From Pseudomonadota bacterium (GTDB lineage Bacteria; Pseudomonadota; Alphaproteobacteria; GCA-2731375), in assembly GCA_027623205.1 (NCBI GenBank), contig JAQBYC010000002.1, forward strand, positions 7,657-71,656: a stretch of 64,000 nucleotides of DNA. Reading direction: 5' to 3'. Of the stretch, positions 25,139 to 34,929 are shown one piece after another. The translations under genes were made by a program, and so were the position numbers. The number at the start of each line of letters is the position of its first letter. Within the stretch, counting starts at the first letter, position 1. The notes below the pieces were generated by a model. The model ran no database searches. It was not told where the DNA came from and saw only the letters and a program-made list of their open reading frames with translations.

Positions 25139-26578
25139 TTGGAGCTTGCCGTGATTGCCAACATTGACATAAACCCTGACCCCAATGCCATTCCTATCTG
25201 GCCTTTGCGCGGCAGTGAGCTGACCGCTTGGCAGGCGGACCAGACCGGGATCATGTCGGCCTGGTGCCGGAGCAGCGGATTCACCGCGGCAGCCGGCAAA
25301 TTCATCCTGCTACCGGCGGAGACAGGCGGCCTGGCCGGCGTGCTGTTGGGTCTGGGCGCGGCAGCAGAGCAGCCCGGAGACTATTGGGCCTTCGGCACCC
25401 TGGCCAATTCCCTGCCGCCCGGACGCTACCGCATTGAAGGGGATCTGCAGGGACTGCAAGCGTACCACGCAACCTTGGCCTGGGCGCTGGCCGGTTATCG
25501 CTTTACCCGCTACCGCGGCACCGAGGATGCGGATGAAGCCGTTGCCTGCCTGTGCCTGGCGGGTGGGGTTGATGGGGCGGCCCTGAAGGCTACGGTCAAG
25601 GGCAGTTTCCTGGCCCGCGACCTGATCAATACCCCGGCTTCCGACATGGGACCGGCGGAACTGGCCGATGCCGCCCTGGCTTTGGCCGCGGAATACGGCG
25701 GCACGGGTACGGTTATCGTGGGAGATGATCTGCTGACCGCCAATTACCCGGCCATTCATGCCGTCGGCCGGGCCTCAACCCGGGCGCCCCGATTGATTGA
25801 TCTGCGTTGGGGCGCCACCGATGCACCTCGGCTGACCCTGGTTGGCAAGGGCGTTTGTTTCGATACGGGAGGTCTCGATCTGAAAGCCGCGGCCGGCATG
25901 TTAAAGATGAAAAAGGATATGGGCGGTGCCGCGACTGTACTGGGCCTGGCCGCAATGGTGATGGCGGCCGAGCTACCGGTACATTTGCGGGTGCTGATCC
26001 CGGCGGTCGAAAATGCCGTCGCGGGCAATGCCTATCGACCTGGAGACGTGTTGCAAACCCGTAAGGGCCTGACGGTAGAGATCGGCAATACGGACGCCGA
26101 AGGCCGCATTGTGTTGTGCGATGCCCTGGCTGAGGCCGATGCAGAGACTCCGGACCTGATCATCGATATCGCCACCCTGACCGGTGCGGCGCGGGTTGCC
26201 CTGGGCCCGGATTTACCGGCGTTTTTCACCGGCAATGACCGGGTCGCGGCGGCGTTGCTGCAAGCGGGCCAGGACCAGGACGACCCAAGCTGGCGTCTGC
26301 CGCTGTTCGCGCCCTATGCCGAGCGCTTGAAAAGCAATGTTGCGGATTACAACAACGTCTCCGAAGGGCCTTTCGCCGGCGCCATCACGGCGGCCCTGTT
26401 CATGCAAGCCTTTGTCAGCGATCCAGACCGCTGGCTGCATATCGATTCCTATGGTTGGAACGATAAGGATCGGCCCGGCCGACCAGCGGGGGGTGAAGGT
26501 CTGGCCATGCGCGCGTTGTTTGCCATGCTGGTGGAGCGTTTCGGCCCAGGGTCATCATGGATTGGCATCGATACCTAG
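25139..26578 (+). CDS. M17 family leucyl aminopeptidase
   Basis: NTDAEGRIVLCDAL and GKGVCFDTGGLDLK metal-site motifs. TTG start at 25139. A GTG at 25151 is an alternative. Confidence 0.8.
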   Translation: MELAVIANIDINPDPNAIPIWPLRGSELTAWQADQTGIMSAWCRSSGFTAAAGKFILLPAETGGLAGVLLGLGAAAEQPGDYWAFGTLANSLPPGRYRIEGDLQGLQAYHATLAWALAGYRFTRYRGTEDADEAVACLCLAGGVDGAALKATVKGSFLARDLINTPASDMGPAELADAALALAAEYGGTGTVIVGDDLLTANYPAIHAVGRASTRAPRLIDLRWGATDAPRLTLVGKGVCFDTGGLDLKAAAGMLKMKKDMGGAATVLGLAAMVMAAELPVHLRVLIPAVENAVAGNAYRPGDVLQTRKGLTVEIGNTDAEGRIVLCDALAEADAETPDLIIDIATLTGAARVALGPDLPAFFTGNDRVAAALLQAGQDQDDPSWRLPLFAPYAERLKSNVADYNNVSEGPFAGAITAALFMQAFVSDPDRWLHIDSYGWNDKDRPGRPAGGEGLAMRALFAMLVERFGPGSSWIGIDT

Positions 26579-26588
26579 CCCGGTTGAA

Positions 26589-27017
26589 ATGCAAAAGAGG
26601 TTGATTCCAACCCCTCAATCCTATTCACTGCGAATTCACTTCGGCACCGAAATAATCAGGACGCAGAGGCCGGTGGCAGAAACGCTGACATCGCGACAAG
26701 CATTGAAACTCTGGCACCATGCCATGCTATCCTCGGTCTGTGCCAATGGACCGGATTTGTCCGCCCGGCAAATGACGATCTTTTTGCAGGTTTATCTCGC
26801 GCCGCCGCCCCATACCGTGCGTGGCCTGGCTGCAACCTTGCAAATCGCAAAACCGGCGGTGGTGCGTGCCTTGGATACCTTGGGCCGTCTCGATTTTACC
26901 CGCCGCAAACGGGACCAAACCGACAAGCGCAACGTACTGATCCAACGCACGGTCAAGGGCTCGGTTTTCCTGAGCGACTTCGCCGACCGGGTGGTGGCGG
27001 CGTCCGAAGCGGTCTAG
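26589..27017 (+). CDS. MarR family transcriptional regulator
   Basis: wHTH region (LSARQMTIFLQVYLA...IAKPAVVRALDTLGRLDFTRRKRDQTDKRNVLIQRT). The track ORF upstream of 26589 overlaps the aminopeptidase, so an internal start was chosen. Confidence 0.65.
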   Translation: MQKRLIPTPQSYSLRIHFGTEIIRTQRPVAETLTSRQALKLWHHAMLSSVCANGPDLSARQMTIFLQVYLAPPPHTVRGLAATLQIAKPAVVRALDTLGRLDFTRRKRDQTDKRNVLIQRTVKGSVFLSDFADRVVAASEAV

Positions 27018-27021
27018 CATC

Positions 27022-27891
27022 GTGGCGGCGACAATGGATACGCGCATCACACCGGCCCGGAATGATCTGGCGGCGGATTGGCTGCGGGACAAATTCAAGG
27101 CGAAGCGCTATGTGGCTGGCGAACCTCGCACCGTAATCCGGGATGGCGCACCTCTGCATTTCTCGCCCGACCGCGCGGCCAACCTGGAAAGCCAGTTGAT
27201 CCATGGCGAGATCTTTCAGGTCTATGAAGAGCGGAACGGATGGTGCTGGGGACAGAATCTGTACGACAAATATGTCGGTTACGTTCCTGCGGCGGACTTG
27301 GCGGCGGACGTGCCCGCGCCCGACCATCAGGTCGCAGCGTTGCATTGTCACCTTTATACCGAGCCTGATTTGAAACGGCCGACTGCCGGGATAATTTCCA
27401 TGTCGGCGCGGGTCAAAATTATCGATATCAAGGGCAAGTTTTGCCGTATCGCCACCGGACATTGGCTACATTCAAGACATCTAGTGTCCCTGGACTATAG
27501 TACTCAGGACCTGATCGGCACCGCCGTGAAGTTTATCGGCGTGCCTTATTTATGGGGCGGCCGCACCGCCCAGGGCCTTGATTGCTCGTCCTTTGTGCAA
27601 TTCACCATGGCCATGGCCGGGATTTCGGCGCCACGGGATTCGGATTTGCAGGAGGTCGGCCTGGGAACCCAGGTGGCCATGGATGACCCTCGGGACTTTT
27701 CCCGGATCGAAGAAGGCGATCTGGTGTTTTTTCCCGGCCATGTGGGCCTGTTCGTCAATGACTGGCGCTTTCTGCACGCCAATGCCTTCGACATGCAGGT
27801 CTCGCTGCATAGTTTTTCCGAGGTGCTGGATCGGGCCAACCGCGATAACGCCGGCGTTACCTCCATTCGGCGCGTCACTCCATCCCATTAG
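27022..27891 (+). CDS. NlpC/P60 (C40) family peptidase with N-terminal SH3-like domains
   Basis: Catalytic Cys in DCSSFVQFTMAMAG and His in GDLVFFPGHVGLF. GTG at 27022 or ATG at 27034. Confidence 0.7.
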   Translation: MAATMDTRITPARNDLAADWLRDKFKAKRYVAGEPRTVIRDGAPLHFSPDRAANLESQLIHGEIFQVYEERNGWCWGQNLYDKYVGYVPAADLAADVPAPDHQVAALHCHLYTEPDLKRPTAGIISMSARVKIIDIKGKFCRIATGHWLHSRHLVSLDYSTQDLIGTAVKFIGVPYLWGGRTAQGLDCSSFVQFTMAMAGISAPRDSDLQEVGLGTQVAMDDPRDFSRIEEGDLVFFPGHVGLFVNDWRFLHANAFDMQVSLHSFSEVLDRANRDNAGVTSIRRVTPSH

Positions 27892-28187
27892 CCACTTTGG
27901 CCGGCGGAGGCAGAGCTGTCTTGTCAGGTTATACGATCTCTCTATATGGTTTCTGCCTGATCGCCCGTGGTCATGGCGGCGACGGCCGGTCCTATTTTTC
28001 AGCGCGGAAAGCAGCCCCTTGAACCCCGAACCTCGTCCGCCCAAGTTAACCGCCTCGTCCGGCGCACCCCGTCCGTTCCACAGCCGCTCCAATTACCTTT
28101 TGCGTGGCGTCACGCAGCGACGGCCAGGGCCATAGATGCGCCCAACCTGCCCGGCTGTATTGGCGCGCAAGGCGCCCGCGTGACGGC

Positions 28188-29432
28188 ATGAACGGCACGC
28201 GCCCCGTTGCAACCATATCCGCGCTGGCGCCATTCGAGGTGCGCAGCTTTCGCTTTCAATGGCCGGCTGATCTGCTGACTTCGTGGGCCTTCGAGATGGA
28301 GACACTGATCCTTGGCTGGTATGTGCTGGTCCAGACGGAGTCAGTGCTCCTCCTGACGGTGTTCGGTTCTCTGCAATTCCTCGGCACCCTGATCGCGCCA
28401 ATGTTTGGCGTGGTTGCCGACCGGTTGGGACGGCGGACGGTGTTATGCGCTATGCGGGCGAGTTACGGGGTCCTCGCCCTGGCTGTGATGATCCTGGCTC
28501 TGACCGGATTGCTGACTCCCTATTTGGTACTGGGGATTGCCTTGCTGGCCGGCTTGGTGCGGCCCTCCGATCTGGTCATGCGGAATGCCCTGATCGGCGA
28601 TACGGTACCGGCAGCCTGGTTAGCCAAGGCCATCGGCCTCTCTCGCACGACCATGGATTCGGCCCGCATTGCCGGTGCCCTGGCCGGCGCGGGATTATTT
28701 TCCATCCTGGGCATCGGCCCCGCCTATCTTGCCGTCGTCACTTTATACGGCGTCAGCCTTGCCCTTACCTTTGGCGTCTCCCGGCCTGCCCGGTCTGACC
28801 CTTCAATCTCACCAAAAGCCCCTGCGCCCGCCTCGCCTTGGCAAGAATTGAAGGCAGGCTTTGTCTATATCCGGAACACGCCTGAAGTACTGGCGCTCAT
28901 GCTGTTGGCGTTTCTGGTCAATCTCACCGCCTATCCCGTCTCCATGGGGTTGCTGCCTTATGTGGCCAGGGAAATTTACGCCATTGACCAGAATGGCCTT
29001 GGCCATCTGGTGGCGGGATATGCGTCCGGCGCCCTGCTCGGTTCCATCGCCATGATCTTGCTCGGCGACGCCCGGCATCCGGGCCGGATCATGGTGCTTT
29101 GCATTGTGGCCTGGTATGTGCTGATCGCGATCTTTGCCCAACAAGGGGCGAAATGGCCGGGTTTTATGGCTTTGCTCGCCGTCGGCGTGGTGCAAAGCAT
29201 CGCCATGATCGCCATGTCGGTCACCTTGTTGCGCATCACGCCGGAGCGCTACCGCGCGCGAATCATGGGGGTGCGCATGTTAGCGGTCTATGGCCTGCCG
29301 CTGGGACTGCTGGGCGCCGGTGTCTTGGTCAATGGCACCGGGTTTCCCATCGCCGTCGGGGTCTACGCGCTGTTCGGCATTTTATGTACAGGCTGCATTG
29401 CCCTAGGATGGCGGACGGTTATCTGGCGATAG
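28188..29432 (+). CDS. MFS transporter
   Basis: 12 predicted hydrophobic segments. The ADRLGRR motif lies between TM2 and TM3. Starts at internal ATG (MNGTRP). Confidence 0.7.
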   Translation: MNGTRPVATISALAPFEVRSFRFQWPADLLTSWAFEMETLILGWYVLVQTESVLLLTVFGSLQFLGTLIAPMFGVVADRLGRRTVLCAMRASYGVLALAVMILALTGLLTPYLVLGIALLAGLVRPSDLVMRNALIGDTVPAAWLAKAIGLSRTTMDSARIAGALAGAGLFSILGIGPAYLAVVTLYGVSLALTFGVSRPARSDPSISPKAPAPASPWQELKAGFVYIRNTPEVLALMLLAFLVNLTAYPVSMGLLPYVAREIYAIDQNGLGHLVAGYASGALLGSIAMILLGDARHPGRIMVLCIVAWYVLIAIFAQQGAKWPGFMALLAVGVVQSIAMIAMSVTLLRITPERYRARIMGVRMLAVYGLPLGLLGAGVLVNGTGFPIAVGVYALFGILCTGCIALGWRTVIWR

Positions 29433-29454
29433 ACGATTGCGGGGAAAAAAACCG

Positions 29455-30696
29455 ATGCAGAAGAACGCCCTGGAAGTAGACGGAAACAGGCTCTGGGCAA
29501 CCTTGGAAGCCTCGGGTGAAATCGGCAAATTGCGTGATACTGGACTACGTCGTTTGCCGTTGTCCGATGCGGATAAGGAAATGCGCGATACCTTTTGCGC
29601 CTGGGCCCGGCAGGCTGGCTGCATCGTGACGGTGGACCAGGTCGGCAATATCTTTGCCCGGCGCGTCGGCACCGACGACAATCTGCCGGCGATTGCCACG
29701 GGCAGTCATTTGGATACCCAAATGTGCGGCGGCAAATATGACGGCGTACTTGGTGTCATGAGCGGCCTGGAAGTGATCCGCACCCTGAATGACCATGGCC
29801 TGCAGACCAAACGCCCCATCGAAATCGTCGTCTGGACCAACGAAGAAGGTGCCCGCTTTACGCCACCCATGCAAGGCTCTCTCGCCTTCGCGGGCGAACT
29901 TACCCTGGACGAGGTTTTAGCATCGACGGATGCGGACGGCTTGCGCTTTGGCGATGAACTGCGGCGCATCGGTTATGACGGCCCGACCGAGCTTGGCGGG
30001 AGAAAATTCGATTCCTATCTTGAACTGCATATCGAACAGGGGCCGATTTTGGACCGTATCGGCATCGACATCGGCATCGTCATCAGCGGCTTCAAGTCGC
30101 GAGGTTTGAAAATTGCCGTCACCGGCAACACGGCCCACGTGGGGCCGACGCCCATGGACCAGCGGCAAAACGCCCTGGTCGGCGCCGCCTATCTGATCAC
30201 GGAAGTCGACGCCATTGGCTGGCGGCATCATCCCCAGGGCGGCAAGACAACCACGCCGCAGATCAGCTGTTTCCCCAATTTGCCGGGTATAATCGCAGAA
30301 TCAGCGGCGCTTACCGTGGACTTTCGCCATCCCGACCCGGATGTGGCCGACCAGATGCTGGACGAGGTCAAAGCGGCGATGGTGACCGCGAGCGAAAAAG
30401 CCAATGTCAGCATGAAGATTGTGGAGAGCTGGGTGTTTGGAGACAATCCGTTTTCCAACGCCTGTATCCAATCCCTGGAAGAGACCGCCGATAGCATGGG
30501 TTTGGGCTATATGGAGATCCGTAGCCAGGCCGGTCACGATGCCTACGCGATCGGGAAGATCGCGCCCATGGGCATGATCTTCACCCCCTGCAATGGCGGG
30601 GTCAGCCACAATGTGGGAGAAAGCATAGAATTGGACAAAACCCTACCCGGCGTCAACCTGCTGCTCAACACGATGATCAAAATGGCCAACCGCTAG
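29455..30696 (+). CDS. M20-family allantoate amidohydrolase / N-carbamoyl-L-amino-acid hydrolase type Zn hydrolase
   Basis: ATG at 29455 follows GGGGAAAAAA. The N-terminal region and the GSHLDT metal-binding motif are typical of the AllC/AmaB/HyuC subfamily. Confidence 0.7.
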   Translation: MQKNALEVDGNRLWATLEASGEIGKLRDTGLRRLPLSDADKEMRDTFCAWARQAGCIVTVDQVGNIFARRVGTDDNLPAIATGSHLDTQMCGGKYDGVLGVMSGLEVIRTLNDHGLQTKRPIEIVVWTNEEGARFTPPMQGSLAFAGELTLDEVLASTDADGLRFGDELRRIGYDGPTELGGRKFDSYLELHIEQGPILDRIGIDIGIVISGFKSRGLKIAVTGNTAHVGPTPMDQRQNALVGAAYLITEVDAIGWRHHPQGGKTTTPQISCFPNLPGIIAESAALTVDFRHPDPDVADQMLDEVKAAMVTASEKANVSMKIVESWVFGDNPFSNACIQSLEETADSMGLGYMEIRSQAGHDAYAIGKIAPMGMIFTPCNGGVSHNVGESIELDKTLPGVNLLLNTMIKMANR

Positions 30697-30798
30697 ACCG
30701 TTTTCAAGAAACGTCAAACATGCACTGATCCGGGCCGGGCGTTGGACCCGTAATCGACCGCAAAGCGGCACGCCGGTCAAAGGGGTTGTTGCCGGCCG

Positions 30799-30960
30799 TT
30801 ATTCCGGCTCGGCTGTGTCATCCCAGGGGGAGGAATCGTCTTTTTCCTCTTTGGTCTTATCGGCTTTATCGGCCTTGGCCGCCGCCTTGGCAGCTTTCTT
30901 TTCGGCCTTGCGCCGATCGCGCTCCTGTCGTTCGAAATTGTAATTTGGTTTTCGGGCCAT
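30799..30960 (-). CDS. Small Lys/Glu-rich basic protein (hypothetical, 53 aa)
   Basis: MARKPNYNFERQERDRRKAEKKAAKAAAKADKADKTKEEKDDSSPWDDTAEPE. Strong charge periodicity. Lies between the carbamoylase gene and cspA. Identity unknown. Confidence 0.35.
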   Translation of the reverse strand: MARKPNYNFERQERDRRKAEKKAAKAAAKADKADKTKEEKDDSSPWDDTAEPE

Positions 30961-31093
30961 GCCTACCATTTGTGTTTGGCTGCCACCTGCGGACGCGCGG
31001 GCGCCGAAGGGCAATCCAGGTTCCTTGAATTCGCGAAGCCGAACATCTAGCTAATCGTTCCAGCCCGCCGATCACGCCGGGCCGCGGTCTCGC

Positions 31094-31120
31094 CGCAGAA
31101 AACCCGCGGCGCCGCGGACA
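31094..31120 (-). terminator. Putative intrinsic terminator of cspA
   Basis: On the minus strand the perfect palindrome CCGCGGCGCCGCGG is followed by GUUUUCUG, ~35 nt after the cspA stop. Confidence 0.45.
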
Positions 31121-31151
31121 CCGACGCAGATCTAACTCCTAGCGGTCTCGC

Positions 31152-31361
31152 TCAGTCGAGCGCGACTAAATTCTCCGCCGCCGCCCGACCGTCCCGGCCT
31201 GCAACAAGCTCGAACTCCACCTTTTGCCCTTCACGCAGGCTTTGCAAGCCAGCGCGCTCAACGGCGGAAATATGCACGAAGATATCCTTAGAGCCGTCGC
31301 TGGGCTCGATAAATCCAAACCCCTTGGTCGGGTTGAACCACTTTACTGTTCCGGTCGCCAT
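31152..31361 (-). CDS. cspA: Cold-shock protein (CspA family)
   Basis: [18 protein letters not shown]...[11 protein letters not shown]1/RNP2 motifs. 69 aa from the internal ATG. Preceded by a ~355-nt 5' region. Confidence 0.85.
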   Translation of the reverse strand: MATGTVKWFNPTKGFGFIEPSDGSKDIFVHISAVERAGLQSLREGQKVEFELVAGRDGRAAAENLVALD

Positions 31362-31647
31362 TGCAAGTCCCTTCAATTCATAATTAGATCAGGGGCTCTC
31401 GATCTTAGCCGAGCCGCACCTTGTTGTTGATGCACGCGTTCCAAGCGTAGCTAGTTCGGATGCGCAAGCAGCGTAGCAAGATACGTCGAGGTGAGGTGCA
31501 ACGAGTGCACCTACATGGCACCGTCGGCGCGACGTTGCAAGCATAGATTTTGAAATTCGAAGACCGGTTACTGCGCCCGAAGACACGGCGGGCGGTCAGC
31601 GCCAAGCATCCAATCAGCATTCCTGACCGTCGCGGGCGGCGGGCGGC

Positions 31648-31720
31648 GGTCGACTTAAGCAATTGGTTCGATCGCTCTATTCTGACGATTCTGAGCACAT
31701 TTGGATCTCGTGTGTTCTAG
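31648..31720 (+). repeat. Intergenic repeat family copy C (5'-shortened), + orientation
   Basis: gtcgacttaagcaattggttcgatcgctctattctgacgattctgagcacatttggatctcgtgtgttctag. The terminal CTAG contains the ubiA stop. Lies inside the cspA upstream leader. Confidence 0.6.
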
Positions 31721-32652
31721 GCATGGCCCAGCAGGATACTTAAAAAGACAAGCCAGCCGAACCATGTGTTGGAGCGGAATTTGGCCAGACAATCCGCTGG
31801 ATCATTGATATTGACCTGGGCTGCCTGCCAAAACAATTGCAGGGCCGCCACGGCCAGACCAGCCAGGAACAGCGGCTGCAATTCCACCAACCATCCGGCT
31901 AATCCGAACAGGATGATTGCCGCACCGTAAAACAGCCACAACATCGGCCGGGTATGGGACCCGAGGCGCCGGGCCGAAGATTTGATGCCGATCAGGGCGT
32001 CGTCCACCTTGTCCTGATGGGCATAGATGGTGTCATAACCGAGGGTCCAGGCAATACCGCCCAGATACAACAGCACGGGCGCGGCGCCAAGGTCCCCGCG
32101 TACCGCGGCCCAACCCAACAACGCGCCCCAGTTAAAGGCCACGCCCAGGAAAATCTGGGGCCACCAGGTAATGCGCTTCATGAATGGATAGATAACGATG
32201 GGCGCCAAGGACATGACGCCGATTCCAATGGCGAAGGCGTTGAAACGCAGCAGTATATTCAGGCCGATCAGGGCCAGGAAGACCATGAATGCCGCGGCCT
32301 GACCGACGCTGATTTCGCCGCTGGGGATGGGCCGGCCACGGGTTCGTTCAACCTGACCATCATAGTCCCGGTCGGCGATATCGTTCCAGGCGCAACCCGC
32401 GCCCCGCATCGATAGGGCGCCAACGGCAAAACCCGCCAATAGCCATGGATCGGGCCAGCCGGGACTGGCCATGGCCAGTGACCACCAGCAGGGCCACAGC
32501 AACAGCCAGGTGCCGATGGGCCGGTCCAGTCGGGCCAGACGCAAATAAGGCCGCAAACGCATTGGCGCATAACGGGCGATCCAGCCGCTCGCTGGAATAT
32601 CAGTAAATGATCCGGGTGTTTCCCTGCGTGCCATCAGGCTAGAATACTGCAT
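31717..32652 (-). CDS. ubiA: 4-hydroxybenzoate polyprenyltransferase
   Basis: NDIADRDYD Asp-rich motif. Multiple TM helices. LRLARLDRPIGTWLLLWP N-terminal signature. The true start may be an internal ATG (32634 or 32562). Confidence 0.8.
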   Translation of the reverse strand: MQYSSLMARRETPGSFTDIPASGWIARYAPMRLRPYLRLARLDRPIGTWLLLWPCWWSLAMASPGWPDPWLLAGFAVGALSMRGAGCAWNDIADRDYDGQVERTRGRPIPSGEISVGQAAAFMVFLALIGLNILLRFNAFAIGIGVMSLAPIVIYPFMKRITWWPQIFLGVAFNWGALLGWAAVRGDLGAAPVLLYLGGIAWTLGYDTIYAHQDKVDDALIGIKSSARRLGSHTRPMLWLFYGAAIILFGLAGWLVELQPLFLAGLAVAALQLFWQAAQVNINDPADCLAKFRSNTWFGWLVFLSILLGHA

Positions 32653-32681
32653 TGATGGATACAGTCTTGGTTTTTAAAGCA

Positions 32682-33431
32682 ATGGCGCAGAACCAGCAGC
32701 GGGCAAAAATCCGCTTGTATGTGACAGACGATTTAGCTGCGGGCCGCAGCGTCGGCCTGGGCGTCAGCCAGGCTCATTATCTGCGTTCCGTACTGCGTCT
32801 GGCCCCCGGCGACGATGTGGCCCTGTTCAATGGCCGGCATGGCGAGTGGCGGGCCCGCATCGACACCATCGGCAAGGGCTGGGCCTCCCTGCAGCTTGTC
32901 GGCCAGAGTCTGCCCCAGGCACCGGAGCCGGACATCTGGTTGCTGTTCGCCCCGATCAAGCGGGGCCGGGTAGATTATCTGGTGCAGAAAGCCACCGAAC
33001 TGGGAGTCGGCGTCCTGCAGCCCGCCATCACGCGGCGCACCGCGGTGGAGCGGATTAATTTGGTCCGTCTGGGCGCCACGGCGGTCGAGGCGGCGGAACA
33101 ATGCCGCCGGCTAAGCGTGCCGGAATTACGTCCGGTCCACACCCTGGATAAACTGCTGGTGTCGTGGCCGGCGGAGCGGCGTTTGCTGTTTTGTGACGAA
33201 GTTGGCGGACCGCCACCCTTGAAAGCCTTGGCGAACCAAGGGACGGCCCCATGGGCCATATTGATCGGCCCCGAAGGCGGCTTCGATCCGGATGAATGCC
33301 GCGCCATACGGGCACGCCCCTTCGTGGTACCCATGTCCCTGGGCCCTAGAATTCTGCGCACCGAGACCGCCGCCGTCGCCGCCCTTAGTCTGTGGCAGGC
33401 TCTGGTAGGTGACGGTCGCCCAGAAAACTGA
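32682..33431 (+). CDS. rsmE: 16S rRNA (uracil1498-N3)-methyltransferase
   Basis: RLYVTDDLAAGRSVGL...AHYLRSVLRL N-terminal PUA-like region and a SPOUT C-terminus. Start chosen at MAQNQQ. The track ORF starts at TTG 32652. Confidence 0.75.
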   Translation: MAQNQQRAKIRLYVTDDLAAGRSVGLGVSQAHYLRSVLRLAPGDDVALFNGRHGEWRARIDTIGKGWASLQLVGQSLPQAPEPDIWLLFAPIKRGRVDYLVQKATELGVGVLQPAITRRTAVERINLVRLGATAVEAAEQCRRLSVPELRPVHTLDKLLVSWPAERRLLFCDEVGGPPPLKALANQGTAPWAILIGPEGGFDPDECRAIRARPFVVPMSLGPRILRTETAAVAALSLWQALVGDGRPEN

Positions 33432-33552
33432 TCCATATCAAATTCCAATGCGATAACCTGCCTACTTGCATCCATGCCCCGCATACAGTACCTCGAATAC
33501 TTTCCTTCCCGTCGTCGCGCGTCAGGGAGGCTGGGACGGCAAGCTGAGGTTG

Positions 33553-34926
33553 ATGTGTATGTCTGATAAGTCCGCCGGCGCGCCGCCGCCAATCGAAGAC
33601 TTCTCCGAACTTGTGGCCTATCTCGCGGCCGGCGCAAAGCCGCGTGACCGTTGGCGCATTGGCACCGAGCATGAAAAATTCGCCTATCGCCGGGCCGATC
33701 TGAGGCGGCTGGACTATGATGGACCCCAGGGCATTCGCGCCATGCTGGAGGGCCTTCAACGGTTCGGCTGGCAACCGGTCCGTGAAGCCGGCAATATCAT
33801 CGCCTTGGCCATGGACGGGGCTTCGATCACCCTCGAGCCGGGCGGACAGTTTGAATTATCCGGCGCGCCGTTGGAGAACCTGCACCAGACCTGCGCCGAA
33901 GTGCACGACCACCTGGCCCAGGTGAAGGCCGTGGCCGAAGCAATGGATGTCGGCTTTCTGGGCCTCGGCTTCGATCCAAAATGGCGGCGTGAAGATGTCC
34001 CGGTCATGCCCAAGGGGCGCTATAACCTGATGCTGGGCTATATGCCGACCAAAGGAAATCTGGGTGTGGATATGATGCTGCGGTCCTGCACGGTGCAGGT
34101 CAACCTGGACTTTGGTTCCGAAGCGGATATGGTGGAAAAATTCCGTATCGCCCTGGCCCTGCAGCCCCTGACCACGGCACTGTTTGCCAATTCGCCGTTT
34201 ACCGAAGGCCGCCCGAACGGATTCCTGTCATTCCGCAGTCAGGTCTGGACCGATACGGACCCTGACCGGACGGGCATGCTGCCCTTCGTCTTTGACGGCG
34301 ACATGGGATATGAGGCCTATGCCCGGCATGCCCTGAAAGTGCCCATGTATTTCGTCTATCGGGATGGCCGGTATTTGGACGCCAGGGGCCAGTCGTTTCA
34401 CGATTTCATGGCCGGGCGCCTACCCGCCCTGCCGGGTGAGAAGCCGACTTTAAAGGACTGGGAAGATCATCTGACCACCCTGTTTCCAGAAGTGCGTCTG
34501 AAAACGTTTCTCGAAATGCGCGGCGCGGACGGTGGACCCTGGGCCAGCCTGTGCGCCTTGCCGGCCATGTGGGTGGGACTTCTATATGACCAGGGCGCCC
34601 AAGACGCGGCCTGGGACCTGGTCAAACACTTCACGGTTGAGGAAATGGCCCGAATCCGGGCCGAGGTGCCACGCCTTGGTCTGGCCACCCCATTGGATCG
34701 GGGCGGGACCTTGCTTGATCTTGCCGGGCCCGTTTTAGAAGTGGCCGCGGCGGGTCTGCGCGCGCGGGCCAGGCCCGGCGCCATCACGGGCGATGAAACG
34801 GAATATCTAGCCACATTGCAGGAAACCGTGGCCACGGGCCGCACCCCGGCAGAACTATTATTGGAAAGCTACAATGGCGCCTGGAACCAGTCCGTTGATC
34901 CTATATTTACGGAATTAGCCTACTAA
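33553..34926 (+). CDS. gshA: Glutamate--cysteine ligase, plant/alphaproteobacterial type (GCS2 family)
   Basis: The start-of-protein RIGTEHEKF motif and the overall ~457-aa GCS2 architecture. Confidence 0.8.
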   Translation: MCMSDKSAGAPPPIEDFSELVAYLAAGAKPRDRWRIGTEHEKFAYRRADLRRLDYDGPQGIRAMLEGLQRFGWQPVREAGNIIALAMDGASITLEPGGQFELSGAPLENLHQTCAEVHDHLAQVKAVAEAMDVGFLGLGFDPKWRREDVPVMPKGRYNLMLGYMPTKGNLGVDMMLRSCTVQVNLDFGSEADMVEKFRIALALQPLTTALFANSPFTEGRPNGFLSFRSQVWTDTDPDRTGMLPFVFDGDMGYEAYARHALKVPMYFVYRDGRYLDARGQSFHDFMAGRLPALPGEKPTLKDWEDHLTTLFPEVRLKTFLEMRGADGGPWASLCALPAMWVGLLYDQGAQDAAWDLVKHFTVEEMARIRAEVPRLGLATPLDRGGTLLDLAGPVLEVAAAGLRARARPGAITGDETEYLATLQETVATGRTPAELLLESYNGAWNQSVDPIFTELAY

Positions 34927-34929
34927 CCC

